A stretch of DNA of 64,000 nucleotides from Lama guanicoe. Taxonomy: Eukaryota. The position numbers and the translations under genes were made by a program. The notes under the pieces are model-generated. The model saw only the letters and a program-made list of their open reading frames with translations. It was not told the DNA's origin and searched no databases. Below, piece after piece: positions 50,776 to 63,689 of the stretch; the stretch's first letter is position 1; the number at the start of each line of letters is the position of its first letter. The DNA is taken from positions 18,409,496 through 18,473,495 of the forward strand of contig MU054925.1 of NCBI GenBank assembly GCA_013239625.1. Reading direction: 5' to 3'.

Positions 50776-50990
50776 ATCATGTTGTTTTTATTTACCCAGT
50801 GCTGAGAACAGTGCCTGACATATAGTGGGTCCTTGCAAACCTCCCTAAGACTGGTTAAAAAATACATTACACTTGATCAAGCCAGTTCTGGAGAAAGACA
50901 CATTTGAATTCAGTCAAGTTCATATGATTCAGTAACAATTAGTAACTAATCTCTACATAGGTTTGATTCTATTTAGTGAAACTCAAATTT

Positions 50991-51097
50991 AAAATAATGA
51001 TTAGGAACTGGTAATTGACACAACATTGTAAACTGACTACAACTCAATAAAATAAAATTTAAAAATAAATAAATAAAATAAAATAGTGATCAGGAAC
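50991..51097 (+). mobile_element. Very short L1 3' end insertion with an 18-bp TSD
   Basis: aattgacacaacattgtaaactgactacaactcaat plus an A tail, flanked by aaaataatgattaggaac and aaaatagtgatcaggaac. Confidence 0.8.
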
Positions 51098-51826
51098 CCT
51101 CCCAAACTGTTGGTGGGAATGGAATTTGGTGTAGCCATTATGGAAAACAGTACAGAGATTCCTTAAAAAACTAAAAATAGACTTTCCATATGATCCAGCA
51201 GTCCTACTCCTACATCTGGCTATATATCCATAGGGAGCTCTAATTCAAAAAGATACATGTGTCCCAATGTTCAGAGCAGCACTATTTACAATAGCCAAGA
51301 CAAAGAAACAACCTCAGCGTCCATCAACAGATGACCAGATAAAGAAGCTGTGGTGTATTTATACAATGGAATACTACTCAGCCCTAAAAAGAACAAAATA
51401 ATGCCACTTGCAGCAACATGGACGGATCTGGAGATTGTCATTCTAAGTGAAGTGAGCCAGAAGGAGAAAGAAAAATACCATATGATATCACTATATGTGG
51501 AACCTTTAAAAATAAAGACAAATGAAATTATTTACAAAACAGAAAGAGACTCACATAAAAAACAACCTTATGGTTACGAGGGGGAGAGGAGAGTGGGAAA
51601 GGACAAATTGGGATTTCAAGATTTGCAGATACTAACTACTATATATAAAATAGATAAACAACAAGTTTCTTCTGTATAGCACAGGGAATGATATTCAACC
51701 TATAATGAAAAAGAATATGAAAATGAATATATGTATGTATATGTATGTCTGGGACATGATGCTGTACACCAGAAATTGACACAACATTGTAAACTGACTA
51801 TACTTTAATAAAAAAAAAAGAAAAAA
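51098..51826 (+). mobile_element. Lineage-specific L1 3' fragment (ORF2 C-terminus plus 3' UTR)
   Basis: ORF 51350-51679 includes ...PLAATWTDLEIVILSEVSQKEKEKYHMISL; camelid-type 3' UTR and poly(A). Confidence 0.92.
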
Positions 51827-54800
51827 GTATGTGTGTTTGTGTGTATGTATGTGTGTATATATTTTCTTCATGATTTTAATCAAGTGAGAGAAAAATACGT
51901 CTAATTTCGAGGTCTGCATATTTAGAATCTTGCATTTTTATTGAAGGCCATATCATATATAAGATGCCACATCTATGTCAAAGACCTGTTTGGCTGCATT
52001 GTAGGAAGAAAGACCTACTTTCCACTGAATCTATTTCTTAGGGGAAATAAACATTGAAACGGGAATCTCAAGAAAAACACTTTGCCTGATTTGCTTTTAT
52101 CTCTACTCTTTACAGCTTTTTTATGTCACCATGTTTTAGCAGAAATCAATTAATTATAGATTTCTAAGTGAAATATTTCATAATTTTATCAAGCCCAATT
52201 CTGTCACTGACTTGGTATGGTAGATAAACATTCAATTTAGATATTGAATCCTGGCCTCCAACCCCTGTGATTATAGTGATAAGGATGGAATGAGGCGACA
52301 TGGAATAAAGAATGTCTTTCAAATGTCAGGTACATTATTCTTCACGATTGCAGTGGGAATTAAGAAGAAAAGAGTTCTACTTAAAATATATTAACAGTTT
52401 AAGTAGAAAAGTAAAACTCATAAAATCAGAAGGATTTGGGGAAATTTATTTGTCCTTGAATAGATTTTACAAGGAGAGATATGAAATGGTTAGTCATGTT
52501 CCAGACTTTCTGAGCTGGCTAATCAGTCTGTTCAGGGCTGAGATGCAGGTATCTGGCCCTTATAAAGGGAAAACCCAACAGCAGAGAGAAGCTCTGTGCT
52601 CTTGATACAACCTTACCCACACTTGCTTACTTCTATGGCTTAAGCTAGTTTGAGGGGATTTACGTCACTCCAAGGACATCATTCATGTGGTAGTCTATAA
52701 AAACAATGCTAGAGATTCACTTAGACTAAAATGTGAATGTTTCCCCTGGATTTTCACACTGCTATAGACCTGGCTATTTTTCGTCCTGACGGCAAGAGTC
52801 TTTTCTTCTCATGGAAGAGAAACAGACATCATTCTTGGGGTGGTAGGCAGTGGTAGCAGGAATTCTGCTGAGCTTACTGAAACAGAATAAATCTCCAATT
52901 TGGTGACACCATCCAATTTGGGACAAGAATAGCTACAATTATGGAAGTACTGTGAATGGAGACCAAAGTGTGAGCTTTGACTAATTACAGACAAACAGAA
53001 TTTTTTGCAATTTTGGTATAAAAATTCGTGCTATGGGAAGTGATTCTGATGTGGCCACCTATCATTTATACTTATTTGACAGTACTTTTCACTTTTCAAA
53101 CATGAAAGAATGTACTCTAGGATATATTTTATGTATACAAGTACCTGTCTTTGACTAATTTATCTTCGTGTCTTATTCCTGGTAGGAAGTTCTGTATCAC
53201 ATTAGTTCTTTGACTTACTTTCAAAATTTACATAAGCGTACCTCTATAAATTTCATTCTGCAAACTTTTTTTTTATAGAGTGAAATATCTAAATGTAAGT
53301 TTGGAGCCTCATATATTTTAAGGGTTTTTGCCTTCTTTTGTCACGTGATATAAAAATACGCCATATAATCTTATCTCATACAATTCAAAATAGTAATACA
53401 TGATGTTTAGACAAAGGCTCTCCTGCTGTTTTAAACACCATTTAGCAAGTTTTATAGTTGAAGGGTTTGCTGACATCTCTTATTATGGTGATTATATGAG
53501 TATTTTTTATAAACCAAACAAAGATGCTTCCATAGCCAGGCACAGCGTGAACCTTTCAAAAGCCCCTTGCTTTTTAATCCTGTGCTAGTATTTTGGGGAA
53601 GCAACAGGGTACAGTAAATTCTCAATTACTCAGACTCACAGAGAAAAATGTACAGCAAAGAAGGTTCCCCAATCATTCCCATTTGGCTTTGGTTTTCATT
53701 TTTATACTTAGAACATGCCATGAAGTAAAAAAAAAAATTGTTGCTTGTAGATAAGTTATCTCAGACACCAAAATCTTCTTTAGCTCATGTCATAAGCACC
53801 TAAATTCTGCTTAGGAAGAAAAGAGATATCGACGACACTTCTTAGCATGTCCTTTTTTGTAATGTGCTAGCCTGCTATCTTGGACTGTCAGTTAACAATT
53901 ATAACACAGTACAACAAAGTAGATCAGTTGATAAATGAACCTGATCACCTTTTGCAAAGTTAAGAGCACCATATCAATTTAAAGAGTTGTTACTGCTGAT
54001 AATTAAGGAGACAAAAATCACAGGCTGAGGCTAAATTCAATCTGTTACCCAGTGGAACAGATTGTAAAAATATTGCCTCACAGCTCTTTTGAACTCTCAA
54101 GTTTCTTTTTAGGAACAGCTTTGCACATAAAAGGAAATTGTTTGTGAATGCTAGCTCATTTGGTTTCGCCTGATGGTTCCAGAACTGGTTTAAATGCCCT
54201 TGGTGAACCGTCTGATAAACTTCATTCAATAATCAGAGATATTTACTGGAGAGGCCTGATTGGATTTGCTAAATCCATAATGTGCTCCACTGATGTGGAG
54301 AGGTGTTGACAGTCCATTATCAACACCCAATCCTCCAGACTAACTCAAAAAAGGTACTATGTTCCCCTCAAAACCCACAGCTGGTCTTCTTAAAACTTTG
54401 TCTTCTTTCACTTACAAGGCTAACGTTCCTCCCCTCTGCCAGGCAGCCCTCCTAATAAGGGAACTTGATGGTCTCCGTGTCTTTGAGGTCTGGCTGGCTT
54501 CTATCTACAATATTGTGAATGTCTTCACAAAGTAGCCCGACCGTTCAACTCAGGCAAGAATTACAATTAGTGACGGGCAAAACTCATCTTGCATTTATTA
54601 TCTGGCATTTAGTTTCTCTTAATAGCTTAAAAGGGATCGCACAACAGCCATATAATTTCTGTGTCACCCAGCGTCATGGGTATGCTGGAGACAAATCACT
54701 CCACCCAGAACCAGCCATCCTAACCTTTCTAGCCCTAAATTAAACAGTGGTGTCACTTACTTCAGGAGAGGGAGTTGGGGAAGGCCTTAGATTCTGCCCC

Positions 54801-56249
54801 TGTCACAGACTAGATGGAAAACCTTGGGCAAGACACTTCTCCCTCGAGGCTGTTTTCTTTGTTTGTAAACTGGGGGTGATAGGGCTTTTATGAAGAAGCT
54901 GTATGTGTAAATGTGTAGCCGTCAGTATACAATTTTTGCTCAGGCATTCCCAATATATGCCTGTTTATTTATGAATGACACCACAGGCTATCCCATTGAT
55001 TCATAAGCACATTATGAATCTGTCCCAAAGAAGGAACTTTTAAAAGATGATATAAATGTTAATTAAAGTCTGTCTTCTTTTTCCTTCTCACATCTCAGTG
55101 GCTCTTCTGGGGTCCTCCCCACTTCGGTTTCCACTGGTTTAGAATCTCGGGTCATTGGAAGTTTACCCATCTATACAACTTAGTGAGAAATGAAAGCATC
55201 TATTCAGTGAGGAATGGGGCTCAGCAGAAGAGAACGGTGAGGATTAAATGAGATAGCACGTGAAAGCCCTTGGCACACTGCGTGGCACCTGTTTTTACCA
55301 CGAGAGATGCAGCACGGCCTAGATGTTAAGAGGCCGGCACTTGGATGCAAATCTCAGCTCCACTATGTACTAGTTGTGGCTGAACTGATGGAATTGTTTT
55401 GTGGAAAAAATGAATTTTTTTTAAAAAAAACACTAACAAGCAACAAATGTTACTGGGCATTATCACAGGGGCCCAATCGACATTAAGTGTTAACAGTAAA
55501 AACCAATGCAATGACATATGCTGAGGTCATTATGCCTCTACCCTTACTTTGTCCACTCAGAATGGTATCCAATAAACGTTCAGAATGATGCCTTTGAAAT
55601 ACTGCCCCAGGGCTGCATTCACCTCTGTATCCGTCACAACTTCTGCCACATCTGAGTACCACCTGTGCTATCATTTACTTAATATTTGTCATGAAATCTA
55701 GTTGGGCCTAACACCTAGAACTATTTCATTATTTCTGAGAGCAGTATTATTAGTGACATCATGCATTTGATGAGCTAGTAACATTTGTTTTCCTAAAAAC
55801 ACTTGACAATAAGCGCATAATTGTTAAAACCATTCCTCTCACCGTAAGACTGTATTACACAATCCTTAAATTATGAATGCTTCAATTATATTCATTCTAC
55901 TTACTGAGATCAAAGAATAAGCCAACATGTGTTATTTAAGCAGGTTTCCTTCGGAACACCCTAGTTTTCAAAAAGTTTAGCAAATTGGGATTTTAATCTT
56001 TTTACTTTTTGATACCGATTGTTACTATCTTTTGGATGAAGAGAAATTCAGTTTCATTCTTCACTGGGCCACTTCACAATGATTAGATTTTTCCTTTAAA
56101 TAAATAAGGCCCATAACATTTTTGATCATTGTTATCATAGGGATACTAAACATACCAAGTTAAATTAAATTAATCAGATTCCCCAAGCATGCATACGAGA
56201 GACAGATTAAGACAAGAGCTAAGTCTAGAATATTAAAAAAGAAATTCAG

Positions 56250-56370
56250 GGGGTCGAGGGTATAGCTCAGTGGTAGAGCACATGCTTGGTGTACACGGGG
56301 TCCTGGGTTCAATCCCCACCAGTGCCTTTGTTATGGGGAAGGAAGGAAGGAAGGAAGGAAGGATGGAAGT
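56250..56370 (+). mobile_element. Camelid tRNA-derived SINE (Vic-1-like) with a (GGAA)n tail
   Basis: gagggtatagctcagtggtagagcacatgcttggtgtacacggggtcctgggttcaatcccc, with A box TAGCTCAGTGG and B box GGTTCAATCC. Degenerate TSD ending in aattcag. Confidence 0.88.
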
Positions 56371-56875
56371 ACAGAAGGAATTCAGCAATATGGAAATCAA
56401 AACTGTCTCTATCAAAAGTGTAGAATTTCCACCCTGAAACTGACCATAAATAACATTCTAGGCACACACATATTACAGAGAATCAAGCCCTTTGAACTTC
56501 CTGCTGTTTGCTATTATTTTTCACTCTGGGAGTAGACTCCTCTTATCTAAATCAGAATCCCAAGCAGATTTAAAAAAAACCACTTTGAACCAAACTGCTA
56601 ACATCTTGAAACCTATGAGATCATCAGATGCTTTTGGTTTAAAACGGAAAAGATAACTCCTTGAAAATGATATAAATGCTTGCACAAATTAAAGTCTTTT
56701 TCTAATCTACATTCATGAGTTCCAGTGTAGTCCTCAACTCTATCTAATCTTTATCACAGATGCTAAAGTCATTATTACTATAAATATTAGGGGAAAAAAG
56801 TCATTTAAGCCAGATTCATGCTTTTAGTTGGTGTGGCTCTCAATCTACATGACAAGATGAGACGTGATCTCATTT

Positions 56876-57043
56876 AAGAAAATGTTGACACAAGGAACTA
56901 TATTCAACAACTTGTAATAACCTATAATGAAAAGAAATATATATGTATGTATAACTGAATCACTATGCTGTACACTAGAAATTAACACAACATTGTAAAC
57001 CGACTATACTTCAATTAAAAACAAAAAGAAAAGAAAATGTTGA
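56876..57043 (+). mobile_element. Short L1 3' end with a 13-bp TSD
   Basis: ggaactatattcaacaacttgtaataacctataatgaaaag...cgactatacttcaatt plus an A tail. TSD aagaaaatgttga at 56876-56888 and 57031-57043. Confidence 0.88.
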
Positions 57044-57085
57044 ATTAAATGGTGCATCCTTTGAATGAAACACATTGACATAGGT

Positions 57086-57319
57086 CAGGATTTCTCAGTC
57101 TTGGCACTGTTGACATTTGGGACATTTGGAGCTGGGTCATTCTTTGTTGTGCGGGCTGCCTGTGCATTATGGGATGTTTAGCAGCATCCATCTCTTATCC
57201 ACTAGATGCAAATAGTACCTTCCCCCAGTTGTAACAACTAAAAATGTCTCCAGACATTGCGAAGTGTACTCTAGGGTCAACCCTCCCCCACCAAAAAAAA
57301 AAAAAATTAAAAACCACTG
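57086..57319 (-). mobile_element. MER20 hAT-Charlie DNA transposon
   Basis: ggcactgttgacatttgg...gggatgtttagcagcatcc...aaaatgtctccagacattgc. Confidence 0.85.
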
Positions 57320-58539
57320 ACAGGTCAAGAAGAAGACTTTGCCACTGCTTTCCTGAATGTCATTGCTGAGTTTGGTGGAAAAAGTTGATTTCTCTACATG
57401 AGAGTTTTCTTTTTTCTGTGGCTGCATTATAAAATCCAAACTATAAATAACAGAGGTAAGTGAGAAAAGATTGAACATTTATTACCCAAAGCCATATAAA
57501 TTCAATAATAAATAATGGTTCTCTAAAAATATGAGAAATCTTTTCTCAAAGTCATTAGTTCTAATCATAAATGAATTTAGCGGCATTTCTTTAAATTTTG
57601 CACCTTTGTAATGAACTCTGATAAATTCATGGAACTGGATGTTAAATAAAGAGATAGAAGGGTCTAATTTGCTGGTTCATTAAGCTAGCTTATTTCGAGA
57701 CACTGTGCATATTGCTTGGAATTTCATATTTCTGAGCAGTGGAGACAATGGTAGTAACCATCTTTAATGTAGTGTGGCAGACAATTAGGGGCGCAAATGG
57801 ATTAAATCTCATTTCATCAGAGATACACACAGTGATTATTATTTTATTGCCAAACGCTGCCAGCATTACATCTCTTCAACAGCAACTGCGATACCTGACT
57901 CGCATGCTTAAATTTGCACTAAACGCTGCATGGGAACAACAATAATTTGGGCTGTGTTTCCTGACATGGCGTTATTCTGTTCTGTACTCTGTGTATTCAC
58001 ACAACACTGATGTTAAGGGGATAAACTTTTACCCACCCTCGAATTATGAGAGAGAGCTGTAGCATTGAGGAGAGGGCACAGGACTGGATTTAAAAACATG
58101 CATTCTTTATCCTAAGGCTGCCCCTTTCAACCTGGGTGACATTGAGAAGGTCCTTTACCTAGAACAGAACTAAAAGAAAGACCATTTTCTTCTATGGTTT
58201 TAAATATTTTTGTCAGATTTGTTAAATACTAAACATACTGCTGTTTTGGAAAAAAATTAAATTATACAACAAAACAATTATTTACTCCTCCATCTCCTTG
58301 ACCACCTCCATAGGCCATTTCTCTTCAAATAACTCTTATCAATCATCTCATATATATCTGTCTATATTTTTCAACAGCCTCTTATGGACATCTACAAGTA
58401 ATTTTACCCAAATACAGTGTATTCCTTTCTTTTTAAATAAAAAAGGGATTATATTATACATATTCTTCAATTTTCTTTTCTAACTTTAGACCACTGTTTA
58501 GATTTAAAATAGTTGCATAATATTTCATTGTGTCTTTAC

Positions 58540-58544
<5 letters not shown>

Positions 58545-58578
<34 letters not shown>
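58545..58578 (+). repeat. (TG)n microsatellite
   Basis: About 17 TG units. Confidence 0.95.
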
Positions 58579-58579
<1 letters not shown>

Positions 58580-58580
<1 letters not shown>

Positions 58581-58820
58581 TTTATTGAAGTATAGGTGAA
58601 CTTTCACTGCTGTGTTACTTTCTGGTGTACAGCATGGTGATTCAGTTATACGTACGTATTCTTTTTCGTGGTAGGTTATTACAAGGCATTGAATATACAG
58701 TGTTACAGTAGGACCCTGTTTATCTATTTTGTATGTGGTAGTTCGTATCTGCTAATCCTAAACTCCTCATTTATCCCTCCCCTCTCCCCCTTTGGTAACC
58801 ATAATTTGTTTTCTATATCT
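58580..58820 (-). mobile_element. Lineage-specific L1 3' end (antisense)
   Basis: tttattgaagtatag...tctggtgtacagcatggtgattcagttatac...taggttattacaag...cccctttggtaaccataa. Confidence 0.85.
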
Positions 58821-59347
58821 GTGTGTGTCTGTTTGTTTATTTATTCAACCATTTCCCTCCAGATTTACCTCACCTTGTTTCCAGCCCAAACCATGATGCA
58901 ATCAATGTCGCTGAACACACAGCACTGAGGCTAGACTTTTTCATGCAACTGGAAATAGGAAACAGGATGTTTCACCCAGATTGACTAATTGTTTTGTGGC
59001 CTGGTGTCCACAACTGCACACTGAGAATCACACCATCAGTCCTTCTCCCCTCACGCATCCTCAGAGCAGTGGGCGGAGCTGGTCTATGCAAATGACGTGG
59101 TGGTTCTAGAATCAGGAGGGCCTTTGATAATAATCTTCCCAAATGCACCTGCTTTTATTGGCACAAGCTGATATAAAATTGGTACACTTGTCAGTCTCCC
59201 CACCTTCTGAGCATTATTTTCAGTCGGTATTACCGCTTTTTCAGTAAGATAATTCACTTTTACAGTGGGTGGTATTTAGTTTACAAAGCACCATAGGAAG
59301 TACCATGTTAATGTAGTGCCTGAGTTCTGAGAACTGAGGTAGGTCAG

Positions 59348-59360
59348 GTGTGTGCATGTG

Positions 59361-59394
<34 letters not shown>

Positions 59395-59400
59395 TGTGAG
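59348..59400 (+). repeat. (TG)n microsatellite, imperfect flanks
   Basis: gtgtgtgtgtgtgtgtgtgtgtgtgtgtg. Confidence 0.9.
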
Positions 59401-60559
59401 CAATAGACAGAGAAAGGGAGAGAAAGCATGCACTCTAAATTCACTTAGGATGAAGTGAAAGTTATGCAGGAACATATCTACAAGAGCACAGGCTTTGGAA
59501 ATTGCTCATATAGGGAAAGAATATTCCATACCTTTGACATTTTCCCTGGGGGCATAATCATTTTTAGCTATTCCACTAAAATAGCTCATAATGAGCAGTG
59601 TAACATCTCTCTTCTGGAAAGAAAAGGTCTTAAAAGCACATCCATATTTATGTCACATTCTTTACTCAAACCACACTTGTGTTTGTGAAGAAAGAAAGTG
59701 TCGATGTGCAATGACTACTTCACATGTAGCTGACAGGCTGCAAAAGTGCACATGACATTCTAGCTCAAGAACTTGGGTCTAGACCAGAGGACTTTACACT
59801 GTGGTCTGTGATCCACTGGGTTATGAAATGAAGTTAGAGATCAATATTGACATTTTAAAAATAAAATAGAATAGAATGGAAAACATCACAGCTATAATAT
59901 GATGGTAGTTATTGTTTCATAAACACAAGTGCGTGTGCATGTGTCTGTGTGCGTGCGTGCGTGTGTACTGGATCTCAGCATCGAATGCTTTTCTTACTGT
60001 GGGTAGCTAGCAAAGACATTTGAAAACCCCTGCTCTAGTGACTCCTTGCTCAGGAGAGCCATAAGCAGTTGCCACTCTGCTGCTGGGTCCAGCTGCCTTT
60101 GTGCAGATGTGATGAGCTGTGCTTTTTAAAGATATGATGAGCTGGAGCTTTCTTCCCTTTTCTCCTTCTTCTCTTCTCCTAAATATCTTTTCTTAGAAAG
60201 TGGCCTTTCATTGAACAGGCTAAATAGATAAGAATTTGATGCTCAATTTCAAAAGGCAGTCAATGTTAGTGAGATGAAAGTTTGTTTGCTTGGAGGAGGC
60301 TTTGCTCTGAAGAATTGGGTAGGACTTGAAAGACCTCATCCTGGTCCTGGTTCTCCAAGATGGAACAGGAGCCCTGGGAGGGAGGGAGGTAGGGTGTAAA
60401 GAAAGACAGGTGGATGCCAGATGGCGTGAGGAAGGAAAAAGAGGTACCCCAAGGAGAGGAGGAACTCCCAGGGTCCATTGGAAGGTGACATGATGGAAAA
60501 ACGGACAGTTTGCTTCATTCTCTGAGTTCACTGAAAACCTTTCTTTCTGGTACTTTGTG

Positions 60560-61650
60560 GATTCAATAAATATTTATTGGGCACTTTCTATGTGCTGTGT
60601 TCATCTCTCTGGGAATACAGCAATGACCAGGACAGGTACAAGCCTCTGAACTTATGACATGAACAGTCTAAGGGGGTGGGGACGGAGACACAGATAAGAA
60701 ACAAATAACTAACGCATACAGAATGTCAGATGGTGGCACAGACCATAGAGAAAAAAGAAGTTAGGAAGGGGACAGGTGTGCGTGGTGTGAGGGCTGGGGC
60801 TGACAAGTGCGATTTTACAGAGAGTGATCGGGTAGATGACTGGGTAAAGAAGATGAGTAGTAGGATACTACTCAGCCATAAAAAAGAATGAGATAATGCC
60901 ATTTGCAGCAACATGGATGGACCTAGAGATTGCCATAGAGACCAAGTGAAGTAGAGACAGGTATCATATGACATCACTTACATGTGGAGTCTAAAAACTG
61001 ATACAAATGAACTTGTTTACAAAACAGAAACAGACTCATAGACATAAAAAACAAACTATAGTTACCAAAGGGGAATGGGAGGGGAGGGATAAATTAGGAG
61101 ATTGGGATTAGCAGATACAAACTACTATATATAAAACAGATAAACAACAAGGTCCTACTGTACAGTACAGGGAACTATATTCAATATCTTATAATAACCT
61201 ATGATGAAAAAGAATATATACATGTGTAACTGAATCACTATGCTGTACACCAGAAACAAACACAACATTGTAAATCAACTGTACCTCAATTCAAAAAAAT
61301 TTATAGAGAGTGGTGGGAGAAGAGGAAGTGACAGTCAGTGGACCTAAGATATGAAGAGAACGTGGAAGCAAGTCATCCAGACATTAGGGGGAGAAAGTTC
61401 AGGCAGGTACATGGCTGATGTGCTCCAGAAACTCAAGGAGGCCCGGGTGACTGAGCGGAGGGTAGGAGTGGGGAGTAGAGGAAGCTGAGGTCAGAGATGC
61501 AGGGTGGGGGTGGTGCTGGAGTCTACATTGTACAGAGACTTGAAGGCCATTGCAGGGGTTTTGGACTTTGCTCCAAATGAGATGTGATGTCACAGGAGGG
61601 TGTTGCACAGAAGGTGATAAAATGACACATTTTTAAAAAGATTTCCCTGG
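60560..61650 (+). mobile_element. L2 relic interrupted by a younger L1 3' fragment (~60862-61298)
   Basis: L2 motifs (attcaataaatatttattgggcac...; gaaggccattgcaggggttttggactttgctcc) flank an L1 3' end (tactactcagccataaaaaagaatgagataatgccatttgcagcaacatggatggaccta...poly(A)). Confidence 0.8.
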
Positions 61651-63689
61651 CTACCACCCGCCAGTGGCTACATGCTCTCTCAGCTGTTTCAGGTGTAACT
61701 GAGGGGGTAATACAGAGCAATGCAGACGTACTTGGAACAGAAATTAAAGCAGCATGGAAAGTGTCCAGACAGGTCACAAATCGAGGTCCACTATTCCCTT
61801 CCTTCTGATAACATGGTGATGAACCAGATGCGGGCAGCTGGCGTCCTGGGGGACCCCTGGTAGTAGCCCCGTGTAAAAGGGGCCAGTGAATTCATTTGTG
61901 TGGGTGGAGATCAAGTCACCTCCCGCACTCACAGGCCAGCTGCATTTGGAGGCTCTCTTTCCATGAACTCTGGTTGGCAGTGCCACCCCTCCGTCCCTCA
62001 AGCTCTTGCTCTCTGCAGTGGCTTCTTAGCTTCTTTTGCGCGTTCTCCGAAGCCAGTCCTCAGCTCATGTAACTCCAAGGAACTCAAGGCCCCTCTTGTC
62101 GGACTACGGCCATAGTCATCCCAGGAGCCAACACTGTGATCTTCTGCTGCGGATTCACCGGGCCGGCCATGGCCACACCATCCCCTGGATGTGCTGCTGC
62201 TCCCTTGGTGGACGGAAGAGTCCCTTTCTGCTCCTCCCTTGGCAGAAAGGGACAGAAAAACTACCCCAAAGCACCCCGTGAGACTCCTCTGGGCAACCTC
62301 TGTAGGCTGAGTAGGGGTTGCAGTCTTCTATTGAGCTGTCATAGGCCTCTCTGTACCTTGTCCTGCTTTTTGGGTTGGGGGTGCACAGAATGGGTGCAGT
62401 TACCCCTCATTCCTCCTGCCTGATGGGGGAGGGGCACGATCATCCCCCAAATTATTCCAAGGGTAATCATTCTGCTCACCTTCCTGCGACTCTGGACTGC
62501 ATGGTTGTGCTCCTGTTCTGACATCCTGACCTTTCACAGATGGGAGACTGTCCCCTCTTCCAGAGCAGGGCCCGGTCCCCGCCTCCCACACATGTGTACT
62601 GGTCCTGGAACGCTGAATGCAGCTGGCCCAGGTCCACACCACCGGGGTACAGAAGTTATTGTCATTCAGTCAATTGCTCGCAAAATGGGGAAATGTTTGG
62701 ACCATGAAAGTCGGTACTGATAAAAAATGCTGAATTACCTTCCCTAACATGCAAAATGTAAGTAGTATCCTGCCCTCGGAGAGGCCTCTCTTTGTAAAAC
62801 CCCACTAACCCACTGCTTTCAGATACTTGGACCGTTCAGGTCCGCAGATTATCAGAGTTCCCCAGGAGGTAGCTGGGCTATATGGAACCCAGGCTCCAGT
62901 GAATGGGACTTTGTAGGTGTAATGGTTAAAAAGAAATAAATAACAATTAAGCCCTTGTGGCTTTCTCAAAATCTGCAGCGCGGAAATTCAGATGCCCTTT
63001 TCCATGATATTCAGTCACTACGACACAGCAAAGGTTGCGGTGTATCGTAAATGATCAGAGGACCTTTATCTCTTCCTCTCTCTCTCCCGTGGTCACGGTT
63101 TGCGGACAGAAAGATGTTCCCTCTCCAGTAGCAGCAAAAGGGCACTGCAGTGAGGAGTCCCTCAATCACCAATTAAGTAGCTGAACTTTGATTACTAAAC
63201 GTTTTGGTTTTGCATTTTAATGTTTGATTTTTCTAATCTCCAGTCTTAAACAAAAATTATTTTCTAACATATACGAAAGTATCTCCCTACCTCTTGATAA
63301 AATAATACCTCTTAGTATTTTGCTATCTTTGCTTCAATGAATTTTTTCCCAAAGAACTAAGAACTGCAGATTCAGTGGGAGTTTCTTTTATACTCTTCTT
63401 TCTTCCTCAGAGGTGCACTGAAGCAAACATTCTTCTCATTTTTGAAACATCTTTTACTACATTTTAAAAAACCTTTTGCTACATTCTGCGTAACAGTAAA
63501 CAATATAAAGTGTCTTTTAAAACTTCATTATGGGACATTTTAAACATAAAGAAAATTAGAGGGAATGATATAAGAGCTCTGTTTGTTTTGTTTTGTTTTT
63601 TTTTTAACATATCTATATAAGCAGTAGCATACTCCACAATTTGTCTTGGGATTTGGTTTACCATGCCTCATCACCTCTGAAGGGGATTC

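Noticed and set aside
56255-56325. Possible tRNA gene (tRNA-Ala-like)
   Set aside because: It has A and B boxes but no proper acceptor stem or oligo-T terminator. A simple-repeat tail, a degenerate TSD and a second copy at 49209-49371 show it is a SINE.
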